A stretch of 64,000 nucleotides of DNA from an uncultured delta proteobacterium (GTDB lineage: Bacteria > Desulfobacterota > Desulfobaccia > Desulfobaccales > 0-14-0-80-60-11), in NCBI GenBank assembly GCA_963709285.1, contig CAVPVR010000009.1, positions 272,333-336,332 of the forward strand, in the 5' to 3' direction. Positions 9,115 through 18,302 of the stretch are shown one piece after another. Positions within the stretch are counted from its first letter, which is position 1. The number at the start of each line of letters is the position of its first letter. The notes under the pieces were generated by a model. That model was given only the letters and a program-made list of their open reading frames with translations. It was not told where the DNA came from and searched no databases. A program made the position numbers and the translations under genes.

Positions 9115-10614
9115 ATGAAGGCCCTGTTCATCTACCCTGAATTTCCGGAAACCTTCTGGAGTCTCCGGCATGCCATTAAGTTCCTCAGAGTCGAGGCTCT
9201 CAGTCCGCCCCTGGCTCTCCTCACCGTGGCGGCCATGCTGCCCCCGGATTGGGACAAGCAACTGGTGGACCTGAATGTGGAGCCGCTGACGGAGGAGCAC
9301 CTGGCCTGGGCTGACCTGGCTTTTGTCAGCGCCATGACCGTCCAGTCCCCCTCGGCGGACGCCGTCGTCCAGCGCTGCCGGGCTGCGGGCATCAAAGTCT
9401 GTGCCGGGGGAGTCCATTATAGCACCCCGGGGATGCCGTTCGAGCCGGTGGATCACCTCTTCATCGGCGAAGCGGAAGAGCTCCTGCCAATCTTCTTGGC
9501 GGACCTGGCCCAGGACCAGGCGTTGCCGGAATACCGGGCTTCCCGCTTTCCAAGTCTGGCCTGCTCACCGGTGCCGGCCTGGGAGCTTCTTGACCATTCT
9601 CACTATATGAACATGCTGGTCCAGGTGTGCCGGGGTTGTCCCCACGACTGCGACTTTTGCCACGTCATCGTGCAATACGGCCGCCACCCCCGCTACAAAG
9701 AACCGGACCAGGTCGTGGCCGAGCTCCAGGGCCTCTATGACTCAGGGTGGCGGAGGGATATTACCTTCGCCGACGACAATTTTATCTGTCATCATGGCAA
9801 GGCCAAGGCCATCCTGCAAGCCGTGAGTCGCTGGCAAGCCGAACACGGCTATCCTTTTCAATTCTTTGCCCAAGCCAGCCTCGAAGTGGTGGACGATCCG
9901 GAGTTATTGCCCCTCATGGCCCAGGCGGGTTTTACGGGGCTGTTCCTGGGGATCGAAACCCCGGACCCTGCTTCGTTAAAGGAATGTAATAAGCGCCAAA
10001 ACCTGAACCGGGACCTGGTGGACGCGGTGCGGACCATCCAGGCCCATGGCATTGAAGTCATCGGCGGTTTCATCGTGGGCTTTGACTCGGACTCCCCCAA
10101 CGTCTTCGACCATCAGGCGGATTTTATCGAAGAAGCCGCCATTCCCACGGCCATGATCAACTTGCTGACCGCTCCCCCCGACACCCGCCTGTATCGGCGC
10201 CTGGAGTCAGAAGGACGCCTGCTGGGCGACAGTGATGGGGACACCACCATGAATGCTGGCTGCCTGAACTTCATACCCAAGATGGACCGGCAGCGCCTGC
10301 TGGATGGTTACAAGACCCTCCTGAATCGGCTTTTTGCACCTGAGCCTTTCTACCAGCGAGTCCTCACCTTCCTGGGGCATTGCCGCCCCAACCCCCTCCT
10401 GCCGGCCCGCCCCCCCACCCACCGGGAAGTGCTGGCGGTTCTGAAAATTATCTTTGCCTTGGGTTTCAAAGAACCGGGCCGAGGGGCCTTCTGGTCTTTC
10501 CTGGGGCGTCTTCTCCTGCACCATCGCCAGCATTTCCCTCTCGGGATAAACTTAGCTGCGGTGGGTTTCCATTACCGCATGATTACGCACCGGTTCTGTG
10601 CGGCCCCCTGTTAA
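9115..10614 (+). CDS. B12-binding radical SAM protein (DUF4070-type C-terminus)
   Basis: IYPEFPETFWS and PPLALLTVAAML B12-domain start; CPHDCDFC; ADDNF, GIET, GFIVGFDSD. Confidence 0.92.
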   Translation: MKALFIYPEFPETFWSLRHAIKFLRVEALSPPLALLTVAAMLPPDWDKQLVDLNVEPLTEEHLAWADLAFVSAMTVQSPSADAVVQRCRAAGIKVCAGGVHYSTPGMPFEPVDHLFIGEAEELLPIFLADLAQDQALPEYRASRFPSLACSPVPAWELLDHSHYMNMLVQVCRGCPHDCDFCHVIVQYGRHPRYKEPDQVVAELQGLYDSGWRRDITFADDNFICHHGKAKAILQAVSRWQAEHGYPFQFFAQASLEVVDDPELLPLMAQAGFTGLFLGIETPDPASLKECNKRQNLNRDLVDAVRTIQAHGIEVIGGFIVGFDSDSPNVFDHQADFIEEAAIPTAMINLLTAPPDTRLYRRLESEGRLLGDSDGDTTMNAGCLNFIPKMDRQRLLDGYKTLLNRLFAPEPFYQRVLTFLGHCRPNPLLPARPPTHREVLAVLKIIFALGFKEPGRGAFWSFLGRLLLHHRQHFPLGINLAAVGFHYRMITHRFCAAPC

Positions 10615-10668
10615 CCAGTCCCTGAGACACCGCTAGCCCGGATAATTCACTTGGTTGTCAAAAACTCG

Positions 10669-10693
10669 GTGGCACAGGCTTTCCAGCCTGTGC
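10669..10693 (+). repeat. REP-like palindrome (GTGGCACAGGC family)
   Basis: GTGGCACAGGCTTTCCAGCCTGTGC; relatives at 29341, 40358 and 40446. Confidence 0.7.
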
Positions 10694-10769
10694 AAAAAAC
10701 AGTCGGTTTTTTCGGGCTGGCCAATTATTCTAAATATTTCGTCATGTTGTCTTACATTTTTAAAGATTC

Positions 10770-10935
10770 ATGAATAAAGCGGGCTAGGCGATGCGCTTTC
10801 ACACCGGCGCCAGCGAGTGCTTGGCGGTGTCCCTACTCCTGGACGGCGACGACTTGCTCCCTGGGTCCTCGGGCTAGTTGCAGCCAGGGGAGGTCTGGCC
10901 AAGGAGAAAGAGGACCTTTAACCCGCTTTATTCAT
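10770..10935. mobile_element. 166-bp element bounded by 14-17 bp inverted repeats (MITE or structured RNA)
   Basis: ATGAATAAAGCGGG (10770-10783) and CCCGCTTTATTCAT (10922-10935), with internal hairpins. Confidence 0.5.
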
Positions 10936-11011
10936 CAAGTTTTGCGGAAACACTCTATCTATCTGATTCTATTTAGTTTACAGGATTTGGCCAAAAAACA
11001 GATTATAAAAT

Positions 11012-11150
11012 GTAGCCGCAGGCTTTAGCCGGCGCGGCCCCGGCCAACCGCCGCTGCCACCTGTTGATTGCGCTGTGGCAGAGAAAAGGGCAGAGGTGGG
11101 CCAGGGGCCGCCGACCCTTGCCCTCCCCCGCACCCCCCAACCCCATAAAA
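11012..11150. repeat. REP-like palindrome plus G/C-rich palindromic repeat
   Basis: GTAGCCGCAGGCTTTAGCCGGCG at 11012, followed by a GGGCCAGGGG..CCCTTGCCC hairpin of the type seen at 39750 and 54613. Confidence 0.55.
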
Positions 11151-11560
11151 ACTTTGCCCGCAAGCTTTCAGCCTCCAGCCCGGGTTCTTCAGAGTGCCCC
11201 AAGTCTGATAAACAAGAAAACCACGCCTATCATCCAGATATTACGTACAGTGGCAAGATATTCTTTGTTCTGGTTGTCCTCCTATCTATAAGTTATATGC
11301 ACGTGTTGACCATCGTCTTGTCTCGGTAATATCCATACCCACATTTATATCTGATGGAACCAATTCCTAGTAGCATTGGCAATAGATTGCAGTTAATAAA
11401 ATCAATTGACATTGAGTGAAATCTGTGTTGTTAAATAAAGTATTCAAGGAATAGATCAGCGTTTATAACTGGACTTCAACGAGGCAATTGCTAACGTGGA
11501 GAAATTTCCATTTTTAGGAGGGGTGGAGAAACACCTTGTTTTTCAAATACGGAGCGGCAA

Positions 11561-13168
11561 ATGAACTATTGGACGTATTTGGGATTTTCAGAAGCGCCTT
11601 TCCAGGATGTCCCGGACCAGAGATTCTTTTATCTTACCAAAAAGCATGAAGAGGCTTTGGCAGAACTTATCGATTTTATCACCAACCGCCGGGGGATAGC
11701 CTTGGTGACTGGTGAAATCGGCATCGGCAAGACCATGCTGATTAGTGCCCTGGTTCAAAGATTACCACAAACATTCCAACCCATTCTCCTTGACAGGCCA
11801 TCTGATGAACCCATGGCTCTCACGATGGAAATCGCCGGCGCCATCGGCATTAACATTAAAGAAGGGATTCTGCTGGACCTAAACCGTCTCACCGATACAT
11901 TGAAAGCAGCCGCCCAGCAGGGGAAATTTTTTGTGGTGCTACTAGACAACGCTCATCTGCTGACGGACCGGCATTTGGAAGAGGTCTGCTTTTTGTCCCA
12001 GATGGAATTCCCGAGCCAAGGCCAACATCTCCTGCCCATCGTGCTGGTGGGCCACAGGGGTCTGGATGAGAAACTCGACGGCCATGCTAATAACTGCCTG
12101 CGCCAGCTCATTGATGCGAAAATTAACCTTCCCGGTTTGAGCCCCGCAGAAACCATCCTCTATATTGATCACCACTTGAAACAAGCGGGCTCGAGCTTTG
12201 CGGCTTGCTTTTCCGAAGATTGCTCAAGCCAGCTCTTTGCCATGACAGGTGGTATTCCCCGCTTGATCAATCAGATGTGCCTGCAGGCCTTTGAACGCCG
12301 CTGGCAAGAAAACCTCTCACGGGTTACTCCGGAAATCCTTGAGGGAAAGGGGCAGGTCCCTGGCCCCAAAGACCATGGTCCGACCACGAAAATGAGTTTT
12401 CGGAAAATATTCGGAGCTATGACAGGGGTGGTACTGACAGGAGTAGCACTGGGGGTGGGTTTGGCCGCTTATACAATCTATACCAGGTTGGCCGGCAAGA
12501 TGTCCCTGCCGAGTAAGGCAATCTCAGAAACCGTAGTGAGCCCCGGTCCCAATTCTTCGCAGGAGCAAGCCCCCACGGCTCCGGATAGCCCAGCGCCGCT
12601 AACTTCCCCGGAACCGGCAGATATAAAAGCGGTAAGGCAGTCAGCAACTCCCAAACGGGAATTACTGGTCTCCTCGGAGCAACAAGTATCCAAGGAGCTC
12701 TCAGACGCTGAAGCCTTGCCGGCCACACAGGCAAACATCCGGCCCGGGAAAATGACTTGGTCCACCCCAATCAGCTATCAGGTGACTGCCGGGGATAAAA
12801 ACTTGTCTGGAATAGTCGCCAAGTATTACCCATCCAACAGAAAATTAGGTTTTACCGCAATTATCTTAGCAAACTCGGAAATAACCAATGAAAATCTTAT
12901 TTTTCCTGGACAGAATTTATATCTACCAAAGATGGATAATATCGGAGTTGTAACCCTAAAAGATAACCGCTATTATTTGCTTTACAAACGCTATGAGGAT
13001 GTATCTAAAGTGAATAAGACTGTTTCCAACCTCAAAGAGCACCAAATCCGTTTTCTTGTGAGAGAAACGCAAAATCCGGACGTGGGGGAGGTGTACCGTA
13101 TCTTTTTAGGAGGCTATGAAAGCGAGGAAGACTTAAAGGTAGCAGTAAAAATGGCAGAGAGGGAATGA
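11561..13168 (+). CDS. ExeA/GspA-like AAA ATPase with TM segment, LysM and SPOR-like C-terminal domains
   Basis: YLGFSEAPF, Walker A GEIGIGKT, TGGIPRLIN; TM helix; YQVTAGDKNLSGIV...NLIFPGQNLYLP (LysM); YRIFLGGY (SPOR-like). Confidence 0.85.
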   Translation: MNYWTYLGFSEAPFQDVPDQRFFYLTKKHEEALAELIDFITNRRGIALVTGEIGIGKTMLISALVQRLPQTFQPILLDRPSDEPMALTMEIAGAIGINIKEGILLDLNRLTDTLKAAAQQGKFFVVLLDNAHLLTDRHLEEVCFLSQMEFPSQGQHLLPIVLVGHRGLDEKLDGHANNCLRQLIDAKINLPGLSPAETILYIDHHLKQAGSSFAACFSEDCSSQLFAMTGGIPRLINQMCLQAFERRWQENLSRVTPEILEGKGQVPGPKDHGPTTKMSFRKIFGAMTGVVLTGVALGVGLAAYTIYTRLAGKMSLPSKAISETVVSPGPNSSQEQAPTAPDSPAPLTSPEPADIKAVRQSATPKRELLVSSEQQVSKELSDAEALPATQANIRPGKMTWSTPISYQVTAGDKNLSGIVAKYYPSNRKLGFTAIILANSEITNENLIFPGQNLYLPKMDNIGVVTLKDNRYYLLYKRYEDVSKVNKTVSNLKEHQIRFLVRETQNPDVGEVYRIFLGGYESEEDLKVAVKMAERE

Positions 13169-13267
13169 ACCATTTTTTCAAAGCAGATTATGTGGATGAA
13201 GAGTGAATAACAGCAATCTTTTCCTGATATGGTACGAAACTTATTAGAAAGGTCAAACGTTTTCATA

Positions 13268-13403
13268 TCTGCTTCTATGTTGGTTCCATTTGTCAAGCCT
13301 TTTTAAAAGCGCTTTAGGACATGAAATTGCTGTAAGCCGTTTCGGTTGGTTGGTTCCTTGGGTCGAAGGTGGTGAACACCCTTCTAGCTTCTATCCGTGC
13401 TGA
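13268..13403. repeat. Diverged ~140-bp repeat, copy 2
   Basis: Aligns to 7474-7620. Confidence 0.75.
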
Positions 13404-13783
13404 TCTCTGGCCAGACCCCCCCATGCTGCATACGCTTTAATTGCGTGTTGGGGAATCGATGCATCAGAAAAATGCTGTATCCAGTAATTGAAGATCACTG
13501 CTCTCTATCAGCTAATAAATGAGCCCATAAAATGTTTCTGATTTAGATAAATAAGCCCTGGGTTATAGGCTGCCTTGTCCCGATTGGCTGCAGAAAAAGT
13601 AAAGTCAGGGTGGGCAACGCCCACGAAACCGCCACCCCCGGAAAACGGGGCCGTCTGTCCCTCCCTTGCTTGCCGAGCCTGCCACCCCTGCTACAGTCAA
13701 TCCGGGGACTATTTCTGGATTCATCCCCCTTTTTCCGGGGGCCAAAAACTTTTGTTGCGGCACAGGAAATGGCTGGTCTAGAA

Positions 13784-14001
13784 GTAACCTATGGGCATTA
13801 CACGAATATTGTGGCAATTTGTTGCGGCTCAGAAGCGGTACAAAGCGCCGTCTGTGCGGTACCATACGGCACATGGTGCGGTAACCAGCGGCAGCAATGC
13901 GGTAATATCCGCCACTGTTCCGCCACGCCAACCGCTCCGTCCCGCCCTATCCGAAACAGGGTCAGGCGAAAAAAGAGATGTTGATTAATTCTGAAACTTA
14001 C
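13784..14001. other. Helically phased motif array between two 18-bp palindrome-like sites
   Basis: CG[G/C] cores at 13825, 13836, 13846, 13857, 13867, 13879, 13889, 13900, 13910, 13921, 13933 and 13943. Confidence 0.5.
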
Positions 14002-14044
14002 ATCTATTTAACAGGAAACGGCTGGGGCCGGCGGGTACCCGGTA

Positions 14045-14165
14045 AAGCCCCTTCCCTTTGATGGGGTTTGGGGGAGGGTGGCGAAAAGCGGATTCCACCA
14101 CGCTGAAAAGCTGTTTAGTATTCGAAATCCGTTGATGTGGTCTCGGAGTTAAAGAAATAATCGGT
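14045..14165. mobile_element. Truncated copy of the 43140-43404 MITE
   Basis: 14120-14165 matches 43360-43405 (46 bp, 4 mismatches); 14047-14080 matches the G/C palindrome at 43226. Confidence 0.65.
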
Positions 14166-14183
14166 AAAGAGTCTTTAGCTGTC

Positions 14184-15065
14184 TCAACGCGACGGTTGGT
14201 TTTGAGGGAGGTTCCGGTGCGCTGACCATTGCGGCGCGGTTTTCGCTGGCCGTTCTTCCTTGTCTACATAATACTGGCGGGCCTCCGCCAGGTAGGCCCG
14301 CATGTTCTGGATGCGGGTGGCGTCTGAGGGATGGGTGGAGAGAAATTGAGGGGGTTGCGCCTTGTCTTTTTTGCCGGTGGCGAAGCGTTCCCAGAACTGG
14401 AAAGCCAGCTCCGGGTCGTAGCCTGCTTTGGCCATAAGAATGAGGCCGATGCGGTCGGCCTCGGATTCCTGGACCCGACTATAGGGCAGGAGCACCCCCA
14501 ACTGGGTGCCCAGGCCGTATCCCTGCATGGCCACCCGGCTGGCGGTGGAGCTAACTCCCAGGGCGGCCAGGCCCACGCCTAAAGCGGTGCCTCCCACTTG
14601 GGCCAATTTCCCCTGGGAAATGCGCTCCCCGGCGTGGCGGGCCAGCGCGTGGGCTGCTTCGTGGGAAATGACCGTGGCCAGGTCGGCGTCGCTTTTGATG
14701 TACTTGAACAGGCCGGTATATATACCTACCTTACCCCCAGGAAGACAGAAGGCATTGGCATTTTTGTCATCATCGAAGACGACAAATTCCCACTTATAGT
14801 CAGTCCGGTCCGCGGCTTTGGCAATGCGCTCCCCCACCCGTCGCACTCTCGCCTGGAGGGCCGCATCCTTGGACGGGCGGGAGCGCCCCTTGATATGCTT
14901 GAAGGCCTGATAGCCCAGGGCCAATTCCTTCTCTTGGGAGACCATGAGCACCTGCTTCCTCCCAGTATAGGGCGCCGTGGCACACCCAATCATGACCCCC
15001 CAGGCCACCGCCAGCAGGATGAAAAACCACGCTTTCCCTTGAGGCGAGAATTTCCTGGTTACCAT
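14184..15065 (-). CDS. M48-family zinc metallopeptidase, lipoprotein (LoiP/YggG-like)
   Basis: Lipobox-like MIGC, NAFCLPGG, HEAAH, YSRVQESEAD, FLSTHP. Confidence 0.92.
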   Translation of the reverse strand: MVTRKFSPQGKAWFFILLAVAWGVMIGCATAPYTGRKQVLMVSQEKELALGYQAFKHIKGRSRPSKDAALQARVRRVGERIAKAADRTDYKWEFVVFDDDKNANAFCLPGGKVGIYTGLFKYIKSDADLATVISHEAAHALARHAGERISQGKLAQVGGTALGVGLAALGVSSTASRVAMQGYGLGTQLGVLLPYSRVQESEADRIGLILMAKAGYDPELAFQFWERFATGKKDKAQPPQFLSTHPSDATRIQNMRAYLAEARQYYVDKEERPAKTAPQWSAHRNLPQNQPSR

Positions 15066-15239
15066 AAGCCACCACCTGGGGTAAAATTCCCACACCTCCC
15101 CCTTACCGACAAGGGCAGGTCTGTTTCCCCTTAATATATCCAACTGTAACAGGCGCTCTGCTGTAAAGGGAGGTGAAAAAGCCTTGTCCCTTTGTATTAA
15201 AGATAAAAAGAATTGTCCAGGAAGTCCAGGGAGAAATAA

Positions 15240-15698
15240 ATGCCAGGAAAACCATCAACAAGATATGTGGCGGTGATCGGTGGCGGTGAAGTCACTACCG
15301 AGGTGGCGGCCTTGGCCTTTGAGGTGGGCCGGGAGTTGGCCTGCCAGGGCGCGATAGTCGTCTGTGGCGGCCTGGGGGGTGTCATGGAGGCCGTGGCCCG
15401 GGGTGTAGCGGAAGCAGGGGGCGTGAGTATCGGCATCCTCCCTGACCCGGACCGGCGCCGGGCCAACCCTCACCTCACCTATACCATCCCCACCAACTTG
15501 GGCCACGCCCGCAACATGGTCATCGTTCACTCCGCCGACGCGGTCATCGCGATTAATGGCGGCTACGGCACCATCTCCGAAGCGGCCATTGCTCTGAAAT
15601 TGGGGAAGCCGGTAGTGGCCCTGGCGGTGGACTGGGACCTCCCGGGCCTTCAGCGGGCTGCAAACCCCAGAGAAGCTGTGTCCTTGTCAAGGCGATAG
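15240..15698 (+). CDS. TIGR00725-family LOG-like nucleotide-binding protein
   Basis: VAVIGG, VCGGLGGVMEA, ARN, GGYGTISE. Confidence 0.88.
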   Translation: MPGKPSTRYVAVIGGGEVTTEVAALAFEVGRELACQGAIVVCGGLGGVMEAVARGVAEAGGVSIGILPDPDRRRANPHLTYTIPTNLGHARNMVIVHSADAVIAINGGYGTISEAAIALKLGKPVVALAVDWDLPGLQRAANPREAVSLSRR

Positions 15699-15756
15699 GT
15701 GCAGAGTGGTTGAGTTAGCCCGCTAATGTCAGGGGTGTCTCATTTCAGGAAAGCAT

Positions 15757-15793
15757 AAAAAAACGAGGTGAGGGCCGATGTGGGCCCTCACCC
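15757..15793 (-). terminator. Intrinsic terminator of the acs operon
   Basis: GGTGAGGGCC/GGCCCTCACC stem followed by T7 on the minus strand. Confidence 0.75.
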
Positions 15794-15873
15794 CGTATGC
15801 CCCCTGAGGTAGGATGGGGGTGCGGGGGAGACAGGGAGCCGCGCTCCCGGGCTCTCCCCCACAAACTCACAAA

Positions 15874-16764
15874 CTAAATCTCCAGCCAGGAATCGGAGAA
15901 CAGCACCTGGCCCATGATAACTCGGGCGGTCTTGGCGTAGTTCTGCAGGTCCTTGGAAAGTGAGGCGATGTCCACCGGTTTGCCGTCCATGACGTCGTAT
16001 ACTACTTTGACGGCTTCCGGGTTCTTGCCGGACACCACGTCGGCCAGCTCGTCGTCGAAGGCGTCCACGATGGCGCTGACCATGCCGTGGCGCTGCAGCA
16101 TGACCACGTAAGCGCGGTTGATAATGGGGCGCAGATTCTCCGGTACGCCGTTGCTGGAGTTGCTGAGCCCGCAGGTGGACTTGGCCCCGGGGGCCATATC
16201 CTGGAGCATTTTCATATACTCTATAGCGCTGATGAGCTGGCTCTGCTGGATGTTCAAAGGCGCGATGATGGGGTCGAACCAGATGCGTTCGTTCTCAATG
16301 CCGTGCGCGTCGGCATTCGCCAGGATTTCCGCGGTGAGCATGCCCCGCTCGTGCTCGTCCCGGGGCATACCCTCCGGACCCCACAGGAGGCCGATAAAGT
16401 CGGCATCATACTTTTTCACCAGGGGCAGCATGCCGTCCATGCGCTCCTGGCGGGCCATGATGGAGTTGATCAGAGCTCTGCCCTTGTGGACCTTGAGCCC
16501 CGCCTCCATGGCCGCAATGTTGGAGGTGTCCAGGGCCAGGGGAACGTTGGGCACCACCTCCTGGATGATCTTGACGATCCACTGCATCAACTCTTCGCCG
16601 CCCTTGCGGGCCGGGCCGATATTGGCGTCGATGAAATCCACGCCCTTTTCGGCTTCTTTCACGGCCAGTTCCTGGAGCGGCTTGGGATCGCGGTCCTTCA
16701 TGGCCTGGCCGTAAACTTTGGTGACTACATTCAGATTTTCGCCGATACGGTAAAATTTACTCAT
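15874..16764 (-). CDS. acsE: Methyltetrahydrofolate:corrinoid Fe-S protein methyltransferase
   Basis: Pterin-binding fold (IGENLN, LALDT, INSI, FDP, GLSN); last gene of the acs cluster. Confidence 0.9.
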   Translation of the reverse strand: MSKFYRIGENLNVVTKVYGQAMKDRDPKPLQELAVKEAEKGVDFIDANIGPARKGGEELMQWIVKIIQEVVPNVPLALDTSNIAAMEAGLKVHKGRALINSIMARQERMDGMLPLVKKYDADFIGLLWGPEGMPRDEHERGMLTAEILANADAHGIENERIWFDPIIAPLNIQQSQLISAIEYMKMLQDMAPGAKSTCGLSNSSNGVPENLRPIINRAYVVMLQRHGMVSAIVDAFDDELADVVSGKNPEAVKVVYDVMDGKPVDIASLSKDLQNYAKTARVIMGQVLFSDSWLEI

Positions 16765-16849
16765 CGGGTGGGCCCCTCCTTCTCCTCGGTAAGGGTAGCA
16801 GGAGGCCGTCAGGCGGCCTCCTCGTCAGAGTTCGTTGACTTCCCGTCTA

Positions 16850-18190
16850 TTACAGCGATTTCAGGAAGGCTGGAATGTGGGAAGCCTCCCGGGGGCCGAT
16901 GAGAATCTTCCAGTCAGGCAGTTCCTCTTCCAAGTCACCGCTGATGGCCGCCGCATAGCCCGGGATAATGAGGGAGCGGGTCTTGGCCTGCTCAGTGATA
17001 CCGGATTTTTTGACGAACATACCCACTGCGTCGCCCACGAACTTGCCGGCCGCCCAAGCAGTCATCACCGACAGCCCTTCCGTGTCCATAATCATCAGCC
17101 AGGCGGGCACCTTGCTCCCTTCGATTTCCCCCCCGACGATGAAGTAGGTAAGCGCAAAGTTGGTGGTGATGAGAATGGGGGAGTTTTCGTCCGGGTTGTT
17201 GATGGGATAGATGCCCTGGGTGACGATCATGGGCTTCTGTGGGTCAGTGTAAATGTTGAGCCGCTGCAGCAGCAGGGGGAAGACAGCGTGCGGCTCAAGA
17301 TCCGAGAGCACCACGATGCCGCCGTACTTGGCAATGGCCACTGAAGCGTACATGACCTGTTTCAGGGGGTCATCGGTCATCTCCGCTACGCAGTTGATTA
17401 CCGGGAAGCCAAAGGGCCGGAATTTTGGCACCAGCGCGGCCCGCCGAAAGACGATGTTGTCCTGCAGGACCTGCTTGAGGTTCCGGGTGCCGGAATCCAG
17501 GATCAGGTCCTTGAGGCCCATGCCGGTGAGCTTGGTGGTGAGTTCCGCCAGGGCATCATAACCTTCGGCCTTGGCCACCAGGGGCAGGTCCATTTCCTTG
17601 GCCAGGGCTCCCATGGCGTCGGCATTCTCCGCGGTCGCCGTTGCCAGGATAGGCCGCCGGTCCTTGGCCGCTTCCGCGCCTGCTTTCAAGACATCAGGCT
17701 TGTCACTGCACAGCAGAATCAGGGCATCACTACCGTCCATGACCTTCTTGACCAAGGCACTAAACTTGCCGGCATCCCCGTCCTTGTCCATGATGGCGAA
17801 CATTTCGGGGCGCAGGTTCAGGCCCACCCGCTCGAACTGCATGTCCATAAACTTCTTCAGCTTTTCATCCACCTCCGCGTCGGCCATAGCGGTGGTGAGC
17901 AATCCGGCGATCAGGGTGGGGCTGAAAAAAGTTTTCTCATGGCGGAACTGCACCGTATCGCCGCCGATGGTCATGGGCGCGTCTTTGGGACCCAGCTTGA
18001 TGGGCCGGATGGGAGGCGCCGAAGCCTCTGCAAGTTTTTCTTTTACTTCTTCTTCTACATAAGGGCAGGCATCCAACTCCGCTTTGCCGCTGGCCAGAGC
18101 CATGGCGAAGGCCAGGCAGGTGGGGTAGCCGCACTCCTTGCAGTTGGTTTTGGGCAACATTTTAAAAATTTCAATTCCAGTTAGAGCCAT
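16850..18190 (-). CDS. acsC: Corrinoid Fe-S protein large (gamma) subunit
   Basis: LPKTNCKECGYPTCLAFA...CP, RHEKTF, TTNFALTY, AWAAGKF, GPREA. Confidence 0.96.
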   Translation of the reverse strand: MALTGIEIFKMLPKTNCKECGYPTCLAFAMALASGKAELDACPYVEEEVKEKLAEASAPPIRPIKLGPKDAPMTIGGDTVQFRHEKTFFSPTLIAGLLTTAMADAEVDEKLKKFMDMQFERVGLNLRPEMFAIMDKDGDAGKFSALVKKVMDGSDALILLCSDKPDVLKAGAEAAKDRRPILATATAENADAMGALAKEMDLPLVAKAEGYDALAELTTKLTGMGLKDLILDSGTRNLKQVLQDNIVFRRAALVPKFRPFGFPVINCVAEMTDDPLKQVMYASVAIAKYGGIVVLSDLEPHAVFPLLLQRLNIYTDPQKPMIVTQGIYPINNPDENSPILITTNFALTYFIVGGEIEGSKVPAWLMIMDTEGLSVMTAWAAGKFVGDAVGMFVKKSGITEQAKTRSLIIPGYAAAISGDLEEELPDWKILIGPREASHIPAFLKSL

Positions 18191-18302
18191 TGTTACTCTC
18201 CTTATCCATGGCATGTGGCCCGGCCGGGGAGCCTGATCCGACCCGCTGACCGGCTGTCTCAGGAAAAGGGCCGGGAGAGGCGCATCTCCCGGCCCATGCA
18301 GG

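Noticed and set aside
11376-11391. sigma54 promoter before the exeA-like gene
   Set aside because: GG-GC spacing is 9 rather than 10.
13980-14015. dif site
   Set aside because: Only TGTTAAAT matches the XerD arm; no XerC arm or correct spacing.
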